DNA of 64,000 nucleotides from Octopus sinensis (GCF_006345805.1 NC_043001.1:54374001-54438000), one strand, 5' to 3'. Shown: positions 12,934-27,635, counted from the first letter of the stretch. Program-made: numbers and translations. Notes: generated from the sequence alone by a model not told the origin.

Positions 12934-14400
12934 TATTTATTTATTTTATTTTTTATTTTATCTAGTTTCAGCTCATGAGCTGTAGCCATGATGGGGCACC
13001 GCCATTCGGTGTTGCTACATGATTTTACTTCACGAATGCTTTTTAGCAATTGCCCTCATCTGCACCTCCTGCCGTGAAGTTGGTTCGTCTAGGATACCTG
13101 ACAGGAAAAGATCCAGTTTTATTTTAAAGACATCTGCATCCACCCCATGTAGGTCTCTCAGGTCCTTCGGGAGGATATTGAAGAGCTGTGGACCTCTGAA
13201 GCCCAGGCTATCACAGTATCTTGTCCTACATCTTGATGGCAAATTTGGAGTCCTTGGCACTATGCAGCGGCGCCCAGTTCTAGTATTTGTGTAACTCTCG
13301 ATGCCAAGTTTTGGACAAGTCCTTCTAGGATCTTCCAGATGTATATTATGGCATATCTTTCTCGCCTACGCTCTAAGGAATAGAGTCTTAATCTCTTGAG
13401 TCTTTCCCAATAGCTTATATGCTGCACAGAGGCTATCTTCTTCGTGTAGCTTCGTTGGATCGCCTCAAGTTCTGTGATTAATTTGACACTGGATGGTGAC
13501 CATAGCTGAGAGCAATAGTCAAAGTAGCTTAGGACAAGTGTCCTCCAGAGGACCATCATGGTTTCCTGGTCGCTTGTTCTAAAGGCTCTAAGAATCCATC
13601 CGGTCAGCCGCCTACATTTCATTGCCAATTTAGCAACATGCACATAAAAGGTTGCATCATTACTCATGTAAATACCCAGGTCTCGCACTGATTGTTCCTC
13701 TGGGATAGCAATCCCTCCAGGTCCAGTGTATTTATTGGGTATTGCATTTAGTTTTGCATGCTGATAGCATAAAGCTTGAAACTTTTCAGCATTGAACTGC
13801 ATGCTATTCTTTTCAGCCCACCTGTATATTTTGTCCAGCTTACATTGCAGGTGCATAGTGTCTTCATGGTTCTGTATTACCTGTGAAACTTTTATATCAT
13901 CTGCATAACTTGTGATCGTGGTTCTCTGCGTGGCTGAGGGCATGTCTGAGAGGCCCATTATGAACAGCAATTGTCCCAAAACAGTGCCTTGTGGAACAAC
14001 GCTCGCTATTTGCGTGTTAATGGAGGTGGCCCCATTGGCTACTACCACCTGACTTCTATCTTTCAGAAAGCCATGAAGCCATTCTCCCAATTTCTTGGAA
14101 GTTTGCCAGTTGCAAGGAAGCTCTGAAAGAGGAACTGCAGTGGTCTTGCTAGAACTCTCTTACATACTTTTAGAAGGATTGCTGGGAATCCATCGGGGCC
14201 AGTAGCTGAGTTTGGGTTCATTTCATCTATAGCCTTTATTACATCGTCTTCCTTTATATTGATGTAATCAATCATCGTTGCCTCTGATTTTATATCTGCA
14301 GTGATAAAGAAGTCAGTTGGATTGCTGACTTGAAAATGCCCTAGGGCTGGAGTGAAAATACTTTTGAATTGCTCATTTAGTATTCCACTTATCCTCATTG
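12934..14400 (-). mobile_element. CR1/L2-group LINE, 5'-truncated, with 3' tail
   Basis: ORFs with SATGPDGFP, VPQGTVLG, YADD, RDLG, LYSLERRRER; A-rich tail at 12934-12960; internal deletion near 14090. Confidence 0.88.
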
Positions 14401-14987
14401 GATATATAAAACAAGCAAATTAGCTAGTTAGAAAATCTCAATAAGAGATGAAAGCAGTAACTATACTGAGAAGTAATGTTTATTGCCATTTCATTGTGGT
14501 TGTTCGACTTTACTACCACTCTTTTATATATACACCAATATACATATATGTATATATAAATATATAGATATGTACATGTGTGTACATAGATATAAATATA
14601 TAAATACATAACTATAAATATATAAATATATAGATATGTGCTACATGTGTAATTTATGGGGAGTTGTATGTGAGGTTGAAGTTCAATTGTTACAAGTTCG
14701 ATGATCTCGATATTTGTAAGTTTAACAGAAATGTTGATTATTAAATAATTCTATTTTGTTTTTCAGACTGTAAAACGTTCCTGTTCAAACATGGCATCGC
14801 GATATACAAATATCATACTTTGAAAGTATATCAAACACAGTAAATCAGCTCATAAGCAGAATTTTAAAAATCTAATACGTTAGTAATGAACACACACATA
14901 CAAAATATAAAACATTAAGGAAAAAAAAATTCATTTGATAAAAATAAAAGGCAATATTACTGACATCCCATTTAATGACAGCAAATA

Positions 14988-16100
14988 TCATAGATATTTT
15001 TGCAGTCCTATGGTGGTTATTTTATAGTAGTTTTCCAGCTGTATAAGGCCTCTACCACCTTCTATACGTTGTATATATAGTCTTTCTATGTCAGATTTTG
15101 GGTGATGCATCCTAGATCCTGTCATTATTTTTCTTGTTTTCCTATCTATTTTGGTCAGTTCATTTCGTGTCCAGTTAAGGATATTGTAGCTGTAACTTAT
15201 AACTGGGACAGCTAAAGTGTTGATACCTATTATCTTGTTTTTAGCATTGAGCTCTGTGTTTAGTACTGATCTAACTCGTCTATAATATTCTTTTTTTATT
15301 TTCTCTTTCATTTGTGTGTGTTGTGTCTTATCTAGTTCATGGATTCCTAAGTATTTGTAAGTTTGGCTTTGGTCTAATTCTTTTATTTCATTGGTTTTAT
15401 CTAGTGTGATGTTGTTACTCTTAACTAGTTTTCCTCTTTTCATGGTTACTTTGGCGCATTTTTCTAATCCAAATTTCATATCTATTTCTTTGGTAAATCC
15501 ATGTACTGTCTTTAATAGTGTTTCCAGCTGTTTGTCATTTGCAGCGTATAGTTTTAGGTCATCCATATATAAAAGGTGGCTGATCGTTTTGCCGTAACAT
15601 TTATATCCGCATCCAGTTCTATTTAGCATATCAGATAGAGGTGACAGTGCCAAGCAGAAAAGGAGTGGAGAGAGCGTGTCTTCCTGGAATATTCCTCTTC
15701 TAATGGGGATGTCTTTGGTTTTCATGAGTCCCTCTTTTGTTTGGAGGTGTAGGACTGTTTGCCATTTATTCATAGAGTGCTCTATGAATTTTATGATTGT
15801 TGGTGCTACTTTGTTAATGGCTAGTGTTTCGAGGATCCATGTGTGGGGGATGCTATCAAACGCCTTTTTGTAGTCAATCCAGGCCATACTGAGGCCTTTT
15901 TTCTTTCTGTGGCTGTCTTCAGTTATGGCTTTATTAATCATTAGTTGATCTTTACAGCCATATGAGCCTTTGCGGCATCCTTTCTGCTCTTCTGGGAACA
16001 GTTTGTTTTCGTCCAGGTGCTTGTTCAGCCTTTGTGATATCACTGCAGTAAATGCCTTGAACATAGGAGGGAGGCAGGTTATTGGTCTGTAGTTTTCTGG
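14988..16100 (-). mobile_element. R4/Dong-like non-LTR reverse transcriptase fragment (358-aa open frame)
   Basis: PENYRPITCLP, EQKGCRKGSYGCKDQL, WIDYKKAFDS, GIFQEDTLSP, LYMDDLK, EGGRGL; both ends truncated. Confidence 0.88.
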
Positions 16101-16103
<3 letters not shown>

Positions 16104-16145
<42 letters not shown>

Positions 16146-16188
16146 TATTATTATTATTATTATTATTATTATCATCATTATTATTATT

Positions 16189-16220
<32 letters not shown>

Positions 16221-16225
16221 GTTGT
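16104..16225. repeat. (TTA)n/(TTG)n microsatellite
   Basis: Direct reading. Confidence 0.95.
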
Positions 16226-17399
16226 TCAGGTCACTGACTGGAATTGAACTCGGAATCTTGGGGTTAGTAGCCCGCACTCTACGCCATACACTCCATGGTC
16301 ATATGGTGTAGTGGTTAAGAGTGCGAAACGTTTGTGTTAACAAGATGTTGACAAATATCCGTCAAATGTAAATAATGTAAATAATGTACGTACATAATTC
16401 CTCATCTCTTAAATATAGAACTGTATACATGCATGTACTTGGTCAGATAAATGTACTGCGTATGTAAAGCAAATCCACTGTTCACAAATGTACTTTCCTT
16501 GGCATGAGCTATTTCACGGGAACGACAAACTCGTGGAAACATTTCAACCACAAGACGAATACCAGCCTGTCGGACTCTGTCATTCAGAAGCGTGAGAGGA
16601 GAAGCATAATGTATCAGTACCTTGCTACGGCCACTGGAGCGTTTCATGATCAATCCAAGAAATAATAGGAGACAGCTTTTACAGCTCTGTTGAGAAGATC
16701 TTTTATTTAGAGAGAGGTGTGCACCATGTGTTAAAACAGAGAACTGAGCGAAAGCATAAAACCGAATAGTACAAGATACGTGCTGAAATACTAGTCACGC
16801 AATATTTGGAGCGATAAAACACTGGGCCACCCTCAAGAACATCTGTCACGACGTCGAATCCTGATTCCTAGTCACTTTCAGGGAATTTAGGCCGGTATCT
16901 ATGTAACCACCAGTGATGTAAGGTAGAGTGGCGTTGCCATGGACATTCAATTCCTTATGATCCAAGGGACAAAGCAACCTTTTTCTCTCTGCAGCAGTAA
17001 AAGTCATTGAAAGGGTTTTGCTCGGAATGCTTGAAAAGAGAAAACAACAACAAACCATAGAGTTTGTTGGTTCTCAGACAGTACTGCGGAATAAGGAAGC
17101 ACTGGGCATAGCAATTCATCGGAAAATTTACCTTGTCCTCATTTCCAGATGTCCACCATGAAACCCAAGAATTTCCACTCTCAACTACAACCGATAATTA
17201 TATTAAAGAACAAAAATGGAGATAATAAAAGAGTTGCACACAGCAACAAAATGAGTGGGTCACAGACTACTAGGAAGAACTATCTCACACCATCAATAGT
17301 ACCTCTGTCTCTCTAGTGATAAGGAGTATTTCTGTCAAGAGGAGTCTACCCAGTTTGAAGGAAGCCAGCTCCTCTCCGAATGAAATGAATTCTACAGCC

Positions 17400-17800
17400 C
17401 TTCTAAAGGCCAAGAAACAATTTGGTGGAACACGTGTATGAAATACGCGAGAGCTCTTCAGACAACGTGCTAAACGGAAATCTAAATGCAAAGAATACAA
17501 AATTATAGGATTTTTGTAAAAAATTTAAGACAAAATGAAGTTTTAGTTTGAGCATAGAAGTTCCTCCTCAAGATCAATCTGGAAAATGCAGAAACGAGAC
17601 CAAGCTGTATCCAGCTGGCCAGTAGAGTGAAGTTGCGTGTTGTTTTTGAAAGCAGAAGGCCAAGATGCCACTTGAGTGGTACAGAAGGTCACTTGAGAGC
17701 TTTCTGTCCTCGGCTTAAAACAGGGGAAAGAAAACCCCACTACTGCCGACTCCACAGTTCCAACAATAAGAGCAGAGTACAGAACCAAAACTCGCCAACC
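17400..17800 (+). mobile_element. LINE ORF1-like remnant with decayed zinc knuckle
   Basis: KLRVVFESRRPRCHLSGTEGHLRAFCP resembles CX2CX4HX4C. Confidence 0.5.
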
Positions 17801-17904
17801 AGGAATATCTCCAACCTAGCTCTCTCTCCTCCACCTACTTCAAACACACACGCATACACAACCACTCACACACACACACACGCACACATACACACACACA
17901 CACA

Positions 17905-17950
<46 letters not shown>

Positions 17951-18339
17951 TATAAACATACTTCCGCCCATATTTTATCTTTCCTACATGGAAATCTTAT
18001 CTTGCAGGAAATGGGACAATCAAGTAAATAAGAAAAAAAGACAATACAAATGTAAATGTTACGCTCGCTCTGCATTAACCACAGTCACAACTTCAATAAA
18101 TCCACACCCACACTAAATACAGACAAATCTGCACCAACAACCACAGCGCCAGCCCCGGATCATTGCGCTCTGAATTCATATCCCGCTTAAGTTTGCTTTG
18201 CCTTTCATTTTTCAGAGACGATAAAATAAGTACTAGCTGAGCACTGGGCTCGATATAATCGACTTACACCCTCCCCAAAAATTTCAGGCCCTGTGACAAT
18301 AGTAGAAAGGATTAATATTATCATTGTCATGGTTTTTTA

Positions 18340-20100
18340 CTTGTTGTATGCAAGTTTCTACTGCCTTACGAGTTGCACCTTCATATTCATGGAGTGTGTA
18401 TATTCATTATCTTTTGGGAATGTAGAATTGCATTCGTAAACCAAATCAGTCTTGGTTTGTTGTGTAATTTCTTTTGTTGCTCCCGGTGTTAACTTTGTGT
18501 TATGACTGTAAAGTCTCTGCAATGTGAATAATTTTTTGGAACGGTATTTGTTTCTTACGTGCATCGTGGGTTCTGTTAGGTAAATAAGCCACAAATGTTA
18601 TTTGTGTGAGTTGCTAGCGTTTCGAATGTTGATTGCGTAAGACTATGTATTGTGTTACTTCATTGAGTAGCGATTGTGTAAAGTATGTTCTATGTTATAC
18701 AGTTTCAGGGTGATTCTATACAGTATTTGTTGTTTGAGTTGTGATAGTTCATTGGGTACTGATTGTATAGATTGTATAGAATGCATGCAGATGTAATATT
18801 ATTGAATTGAAAGTGTCTTGCTTACGAAATTGGCTGTGTCTAGCAGGATTATCTTTTAAACTGGTTCTAACATTGTAAATCAATTATGATTTCATGCTCA
18901 TGTTCCTCATACCAAGTCCTCCTATAATTGTTGGTCTCTATTAACTTCTTTGTTTTTCAACTAGCTTTTTTCAGTTTTAAGATCCTTGTATTTTGACAAT
19001 ATTTTGACTATCTTTCGGTAAATTTCCATCAGAGAACGATAGGGATGGGATGTCTTTTCAATCCTTAATAAATTATATCCAATTATTTACCTTGTTCTTG
19101 TTGTCAGTCTGCACAACCAAGCTGAAAATGGGCGTTTATATGTGGATAGCATTTCTTATCTATTTTCACGTCAAAATGTCAAGCTGAACACTCGATTGTG
19201 TTTCAATATATATAAAGATCGAAGTTATCATTGATCTTTTCTTTGGCTTACTTCTTTCCTGTCAAGTTTTTTTCAATGAAAGGGCTGGCTGATCATTTTC
19301 TCTTTAGTACATTTTGAAATTCGGTCTTAATTTTTGTCTTTTGTTTTATGTAATCTATTTAAAATCTTTTCTCTTCGGTTTGCAACAACTACATTTTTGT
19401 CATTTTTACAAAGAAAATTCCTTGCTTGAGTCTTTGTTCCTTCATATTTCCATATTACACTAATTAGTTTCCTTTTGCGAGCTTCAAACATTTTTTCTAC
19501 TGCTCTGTTGTTATAAGGGTGGGGAATGACAGCTTTCTTTTGTAACTGATCTCCGCCCTTGCCTGAGTGAGTGGGGAATTTATATCTGCTCCGGGTTGGC
19601 TGCTTCAGAAGGCTGATGGTAGTTTCTGATTTATTTTCTGTCTCAGCTCTTCAATTCATTTACGTAACTTCCAAATTATTTTGTTAAAAGTGTAGTTTAT
19701 AATTGGAATGACTAATGTATTTACACTTATTATCTTATTTCTTTCACTGATATCAGTTTTTAATATTCGTCTTATTCTTCAGAAGCCTTCTCTAATTTTC
19801 TCCTTAATTACTGTGTTCTATCTGAGTAATTTCATCTGCTAGGTATTTGTATGGTTTTACTATTCTGATTTTGGTGTCTGTAACTAATTTCATTTCTTCG
19901 ACTTCACTTAATTTACCTCTTCTTTTTGTAGATTTGGCACGTTTGTCTACTCCGGTACTCGTTTCTATGTCTTGGTTGTAGTTATCAATAAGTTTCTCTA
20001 GGTTTTTCAGCAGGGGATCATGTCTGGTGAATATTTTTAAGCAATCTATATAGAGGAGATGGTTTATAGGATATAGGGCTAACTTGGATTATTTTCTCTT
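18340..20100 (-). mobile_element. Highly decayed Penelope-like RT/endonuclease region
   Basis: Scattered motif relics in PLE order (HFDVKI, TYKRP, TDLVYEC); many stops. Confidence 0.4.
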
Positions 20101-20216
20101 TCCTTTCTATGTCTATACTATTCGATATGACTTTATGGCTATTTAAACGACACAAACGCGAAGAATGGATAACATAAATAAAATATTATATACTACAGAT
20201 TAATTCATATATGCAT

Positions 20217-20257
<41 letters not shown>

Positions 20258-21001
20258 TATATACATAAGTTTTAAAAAGAATTTTTGATACGGTCACAAT
20301 AGTTGAAGAAATATTGTCTTAAAAATCGTTAATTATACAAAAAAGATTTAAAAACAGAACGACACCAATCTTCTGGAATTAAGTTTTTGTATTTTGTGTG
20401 CATATATAAATACATACGTGTGTGCGTGTGGGTGCATGTTTGTGTGACCATAGTGAAGGCTCGTGGTCTAATGGTTAGTGTGTTTGGCTCCTGATATCGT
20501 AACGTTGTGACTTCAATACCTAGACCAAGTGATGCATTGTGTCCCTGAAGAAGACACTTCATTTCACATTACCCACTCCTACTCAGTTGAAAATGAGTTC
20601 GAGCTGAGTGCGGGTGGATCTTTTCCTTTCTCCCCAGCTCCCACATCCTGGACAAAATTTTCCTTTCGTGTTACTTCTTACTATACACACTGTTGTATTT
20701 TTCATTTATGTCTAAGGACCTTCAATATGCAGTATTTTTATTTCGATTTTTAGTAATTCTATCAATGTCTAGTTCTATTATTTTCTTCTTCACTCACGTT
20801 CGTTTTGTAGTTTTCTTGCTATTCTTCTGTTTATGTAATATTCGCTCCCAGTAGCTGCAATCTTAATGCCAATGCTGGAAAGGGTGTAACTATCGAAAGT
20901 TGTCGAAATGGTAGTGGTATTCAGTTGACGACTCTGTGTCAATACGTTTTTTTTTCCTGTATAATTCTATCTTGACTTACTGTACATACATTTTCCACAT
21001 A

Positions 21002-21265
21002 CAGTACCGTGCAAAAATCTTCAACCACATTAAACTATTGTAAATTTCTACTAATTGCCAACTTATAAGTGGCTGTTTCGCATTGCGTTTTTTACAGGTG
21101 AAAATTTGGCCCTGTTGGAGTCATTTCCGTACTTAATCCGTAATTATTCCAACGGAGCCAATGTTTCATCTGTAAAAAACGCAATGCGAAACAGCCACTT
21201 ATAAGTTAGCAATTAGTAGAAATTTACAATAGTTTAAAGTGGCCGAAAACCTTTGCACGGTTCTG
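21002..21265. mobile_element. Tc1/mariner-type MITE, almost entirely palindromic
   Basis: TA-cagtaccgtgcaaa ... tttgcacggttctg; arms pair over ~120 bp. Confidence 0.85.
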
Positions 21266-21294
21266 AACATATCTGCCTTTGTGTGTGTGTGTGT

Positions 21295-21366
<72 letters not shown>

Positions 21367-21419
21367 TTGCATGCATGAGCGGATATGAATGGTAAGGCTA
21401 TCTCAAAAAGGATCCTTAA

Positions 21420-22260
21420 TTTTGAGTCTTTGAAGAAATTTTCTTTGAATTCAGTAGTTCGACTCTGTACAAACTGCGAAGGGAGAAGGTTTTTGGGTTA
21501 TGTAAGAGATACAATGCGGTATGGCTACTTATTTCGGTGAGACATTTATCCTGTGCTAACATTAAAAGCTGTATTAGAGTTCGTTCATCCATATGAAGTA
21601 ATTTTCTTTTTCTATTAACTTTTTCTAATAATAGAGATATACAGGTTTATAGTGTCTAATTGTAAGAATTTCATTCTGGTCATATTTTGTACTGCTTTAA
21701 AGTAATCGATAACTGGTATGTTGTTGTTCGCTCCTCCAAGTGAGAAATTGTTTCCAACATGTAGGTACTTACTTATTACTAAAATATCTGTATTGGTAGA
21801 ATTAATTTTTCTGATGTACGGTTTGTGTTTGAATTTGGTTTTGTTATCTTTGACGGTATTATTAAGTTTAGTAGACTATAGTGAATGTCTATACGTAAGT
21901 CCGAAGTTATTTTAAAGTTCTTGGGCGGTAATCTCGTTAAGAATAATACCGTCTGCTTTTCTTTGATGATAGAGTTAGAGATGAATCCGAAGCATGTGAT
22001 TTCGTACAAATTATTTATTTTGTAATATTTGCTTCTAGAAATTATTTACTTCTCAAACTAAAATATTTAAGCGGTGCACGTCTTCTTTGCAAGAGGCACA
22101 TACTATATCAATTAATGGGCATTTATTCGATTTTAAACCAAAACTGAGATTAATATTGAAATTATATGTTCTCTACTAAATATTTTTTAAAGAAAGATTC
22201 GTCTTTTGCAAAAAGCATTCGATATGTTTATGATTTCTTTGGAGTGTGTCGGCGATGTTC
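21420..22260 (-). mobile_element. Decayed PLE-like RT C-terminal region
   Basis: Relics KYLHVG and IPHCISY in the expected order; weak. Confidence 0.35.
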
Positions 22261-22739
22261 TTCGTTGTGAAGTTGATTTTCAACTTTTACAATGATTGTA
22301 AAGAGCTCATTACATACGTGCGCACGCACGCACCTGCGTACCCACACACTTATGTTTGTCCTTGTCTCTCTTTCTCTGTCACCATCTCCTCTATTTATCG
22401 GACGCGATTTTTACCTTTCATAATCATTGTTCCATCATATGACATATGTATTGGACAAAAGCTTTGACGTGACCTTCTCGTGCGGCCGTCACGAGAACTT
22501 AACACACCGACGTAGCGAAAAGTTCATCGAAAATTGACTTACCTTACCAAGTGAACATCTTCAATCAATCAACCTTTGCGTTAATTGATTGCGATGTGAG
22601 CCATATTCTTCCTATAAGAACAAACGAAATTTTGAACAAAGGGTAGAAAAGATAGAGTAATTCAACACAAGATACACTTCTGAAAATCAATGTTTATGTG
22701 TGTGTGTGCGCGCGCGCGCGGTGTGTGTGTGTGAGTGTG

Positions 22740-22825
<86 letters not shown>

Positions 22826-23158
22826 TATATATATATGTATATACATATATTCTATAATGGAGAAAGCCGCTTATTAATTAGATATGTAACAAGTACTAAA
22901 AGGAAACAAATATTTAAAGCTTGCCCGTCTGGAAATATTTTTATAAATTCATGTTCTAAGAAATTTCCTGTAATTTCCATTTCTGAAGTTTATTGAATTC
23001 TTTAACACCTATTTCTCGCAAATTTAAATATTCATTGCATTCACGGCGCCCAATTCTTTATAAATTTAAATATTCATTGCATTTACTATGGAGTAGATTT
23101 TAATGTTTTATAGTAAAGAATATAGTAAATAATTAATGTTTTATAATTAAGAATATTA

Positions 23159-23520
23159 AGGCGGCGAGCTGGCAGAAACGTTAGTACGCCGGGCGAAATG
23201 CGTAGCCGTATTTCGTCTGCTGTTAGGTTCTGAGTTCAAATTCCGCCGAGGTCGACTTTGCCGTTCATCCTTTCGGGGTCGATAAATTAAGTACCAGTTA
23301 TGCACTGGGGGTCAATGTAATCGACTTAATCCGTTTGTCTGTCCTTGTTTGTCCTCTCTGTGTTTAGCCCCTTGTGGGCAGTAAAGAAATAGGTATTTCG
23401 TCTCTCTTTACGTTCTGAGTTCAAATTCCGCCAAGGCGTACTTTGCCTTTCATCCTTTCGGAGTCGATGAATTAAGTACCATTTGCGTACTAAAGTCGAT
23501 CTAATCGATTGATCCCCTCC
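23159..23520 (+). mobile_element. SINE family A with internal tandem duplication
   Basis: ggcggcgagctggcagaaacg head; core gagttcaaattccgccgaggtcgactttgcc occurs twice. Confidence 0.88.
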
Positions 23521-24096
23521 CTCAGCGTATAAAAGAATAGCAAACAATATAAATACCTCCCTTTTACATACACACATATACTCACACAGAGTTGAAACGC
23601 TCCCACTATTGGTTTGCCATCACTCTTCTTTCCGTATTCATCTATCACTCCTTCCTTTCTCATTCATCTATCACCCTTCCTTTCTCATTCATATGTTGTG
23701 ACGGAGAAAAACACAAAAGTACTATCATAGTAAGAAGATTCCTTCTCGTATCTCCTTCTCTTAATGCACATGCGCAGCATCTTTGGTTACTATGGAAACA
23801 GAGCTTTTCACCACGGTGATGTGTAAAATATTCGCTTCTGATTGGCTAAAATACCCAAATTTTTCAAATTTTAAAGGCTAGTAACTTTTTTTTATTGTGG
23901 GTTTATAGGGAAAATATATTTCATTTTCATAATTCGTATACAAAACTTAATCTATATACCAAATTTGAAAACAACTGGACGAAAATTGTAGACAGTGACG
24001 AAAGCCACAAAGATTCGAAGGTCATTCTAATGAAATAGGGTTTGCTAGTTATCTTTTTCTGTTGAACAAAGCTTAGATGAATTCAAACTTCAAAAT

Positions 24097-24840
24097 CAAA
24101 GCTTAGATGAATTCAAAATCAAACTTCCCAATGACCTTTGCCTTGAAAGGAGTACTCTTTCAGATCTATGTGGTTTTGTATATGCTGACCTCAAAAATAA
24201 CTTCGCAAACCCTGTGTGGCTTGCAAATATAATCATTGTTACCCCAACAAATGAAGCAGCACAATTTGCGAATGATTTTCTGTTGACCAGGATCCCTGGT
24301 GAGCTAAAAATATACAGACGCTCAGATACAGTTGATAATGAAACTCTGTACCCAATCAAGTTCATCAACAAACTTACACCATCAGGGTTTCCACCACACA
24401 TTCTCAAACTGAAGAAAAAATGCTGCATAATGCTTCTGAGGCATTTAGATGCTACTGAAGGGCATTGAAATGGCACACGCTACATCATTGTCAGTATACA
24501 CGATCATGTTATTGAGGCTGAAGTTGCTTCAGGTATTTGTGCAGGATCAACTCTGCTAATCCCAAGAATACCACAAAACTCTCAAGAAATGGAATTTCCA
24601 TTCACATTTACACGCAAACAATTTCCTGTGAAGCCAGCTTTTGCCTTGACGTACAATAAGGCACAGAGACAGACTTTTGAACAAACTGGAATGTAACTTC
24701 CGACTCAATTCTTCTCACATGATCAGCTATAAGTTGCATTATCTAGAGTTCGAAAGAAGGCTAATGTGAAAATATTGGTTGAGAGAAATGGAAACTGTAT
24801 GATTCCTGACAATTGTGTCTACAAGGATATACTACTTTAA
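24097..24840 (+). mobile_element. Helitron helicase C-terminal pseudogene
   Basis: TPSGFPPHILKLK, IMLLRHLD...NGTRY, LIPRIP, RKQFPVKPAFALTYNKAQ, FSHDQL*VALSRV. Confidence 0.88.
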
Positions 24841-25096
24841 AGCAAAATATGCTTTTAAGCAAGTTTCAGTAGATAGAATCAACACAAATTATATGTAAAG
24901 TAACATATATTTGTGCGGAATTAAATTGTTTTGGCATATTTTAATACATGCCGGATGCATAATATCGTTATATTAGATCATTTTAAATTTGGGTATATTT
25001 GAAAAAGTAAGGAAACGCCATTCCCATGTGTTCTCACAGCACCAGACTTGTATTCGTGTGTGTGTGTGTTCATCAAACCATCCATCCATCCATCTA

Positions 25097-25133
<37 letters not shown>

Positions 25134-25477
25134 CTATGTAAGTTCTACCAATTATTAATGATAAATATATATAACAGATTGACTCAGCTATATATTTACA
25201 TAAAAATTTTTGTGATGTCCGTTAATTAGTTAGTTACACCCTCCATAACAGCCATATTATTGGTTTGACTCTCTGGAAAATTTTTATAAATTCCTCTGTT
25301 AATATATATCGATAAAAAGGCACTTTCGAAGCTTCTGTTATTATTTACTATCACAAATATTTGTTGCCAGGCTTTGCGTTCGCTGCAGAGTAGCTTTTAA
25401 CATTTGATAAACAATATTAATGTGTTCTGGCAAAATTTTTCGCTTTCATTTGCAACAGTCTTTCACTTTCGCTCTCT

Positions 25478-25565
<88 letters not shown>

Positions 25566-26157
25566 GCCTCTAATTCTTTTCATTAATAATAAGCTACTTA
25601 ATATGTATTTATTGCAATTTTTTCACTTCACATCTTATTTCGTTATTTCAGATAAGTAAATCTGGTAGTTTGTTGACTTAAATTCGCTGTGTAAATTCCC
25701 TCAGTTTATTGTTTATACATACCGGAAATAAATTATATTGGAGAACTTATTAAAACTGACTGAAGCTTCGAACTCATGTGACTTATTTCCTTTCCGTCGT
25801 TATCAACGACTTAGTAAGTGAATTTTTTGCCATGGATATTTGATACGCTATAGGTATTAAAATATTTTTATGTGATCGCTGCTATTATTTTGGCACATTA
25901 AACGTAGCTGGACTACCTTGATGTTTGTTTAAAAAAGAGAGATTATGACTGTGATAAAGTAATGAAAGCAATATTTAATAAGCAAGTGAGCACTATAATA
26001 CATAAATAATTAGACTTAAAATATCATAAAAATTATTAGAATTGAGAATCGAATGTGGAAATATTATCAAATGACCAGCAGAAAACCGCTCGGTGGGCGG
26101 TCTTTCGGTTAGTGTCTAGATGTGCGTGTGTATATGTATATATATACATATATAGAC

Positions 26158-26266
<109 letters not shown>

Positions 26267-26303
26267 TATATATCATATTATATTATATTATATTATATTA
26301 TAT

Positions 26304-26718
26304 GTGGAGGTGCAATGGCCCAGTGGTTAGAACAGCGGACTCGCGGTCGTAGGATCGCGGTTTCGATTCCCATACCGGGCGTTGTGAGGCTCCAGCAGGG
26401 GGTGGCGATCCTTGCTGTACTCTTTCGCCACAACTTTCTCTCATTCTTCTGTTGGCCTGCTCGCTTAGCCAGCGGGGTGGCACTAAAACAATGCGAAGCG
26501 CATTGTGACCAGCGATGTGTAGCAACATCTGATAGCCTGGTCGGTCACGCTGGCTAAGCGAGCAGGCCAACAGAAGAATGGGAGAAAGTTGTGGCGAAAG
26601 AGTACAGCAAGGATCGCCACCCCCAGCTGGAGCCTCACAACGCCCGGTATGGGAATCGAAACCGCGATCCTACGACCGCGAGTCCGCTGTTCTAACCACT
26701 GGGCCATTGCACCTCCGC
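26304..26718. mobile_element. tRNA-derived SINE (family C) with inverted duplication
   Basis: A-box tggcccagtgg and B-box ggtttcgattcc; 26304-26474 mirrored by 26548-26718. Confidence 0.9.
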
Positions 26719-26741
26719 ATATAATATAATATGATATATAT

Positions 26742-27635
26742 GGGTGGGGCGCAAATTACGTAACCGCGGTAAAATAATTTCTGATTTCTTGTTATTTTTC
26801 TCCCTGCCTGTTTGAAATCATTGCATTATAAGTATTGCATCCTCATATTGTACTGTTGCAGGAGTAAAAATTGGTCAGCATAGTTGCTGTTATTGAATTT
26901 GTAAGAGTTTAGAACAGTCTGGTAACAGGTATTTTGTTTTCAAGAAATTTTTCCTCAACTCAAATATCTGGATAATTTTTGATGTTTAACAATCAATATT
27001 CTTTTCTCTGTTGGATTCCAAGACATTTTTCCCCACACTAATATCTAATTTGATAATTTTCAACTTTCAAACAATAATGTCTAAACTGAGACAGAATGAC
27101 TAATTTCAATAAAAAAATTTTCTCTTTAACTGCATGGTGCGTGAATATATCAGGAAGAAACCCATTCCATGAGATCGTGAAGTTATAGAGACTATTTAAT
27201 GTCGAGCTTTTCTTTTTTTATATTTAGTCGAGTTCGTTAATGTCATATCATGTACCATTTTTCTATGATTCTCTTTCATTTGACCAAGCAATATTAAGTT
27301 TTTCTTGTATTGCTGATCTTTCTAGTGTCTAAGGATAAATATTGATATGTACGAATCTGTTTCCAAATGTATTTCTAGAGAACTGAAGGGGTAAGGTTTT
27401 TCTATTTTGTCTTACGCATTTTACCCCAGCTAAATTTGTCTTTTACATACTCGAAGAGAACAGTGATAATTTTCTGATATAGTTTTCAGATTATGTTATA
27501 ATGCTGTTAATGCTTTTAGAGAAGATTATTTGCTTATCTGACATAGCTCATGTAAGGTAGTAAACATTTGTAAAAAGTATATTTCTTCTCATAGTAAAAA
27601 ATGCAGTATAAAATATTTTCATTGTGCCCCACCAC
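26742..27635. mobile_element. Possible decayed TIR DNA transposon
   Basis: Ends ggtggggcgcaa and ttgtgcccccacc are roughly inverted; interior has no recognisable ORF. Confidence 0.3.

Noticed and set aside
26304-26375. tRNA gene
   Set aside because: It has A and B boxes but no proper acceptor stem and continues into a repeated SINE body
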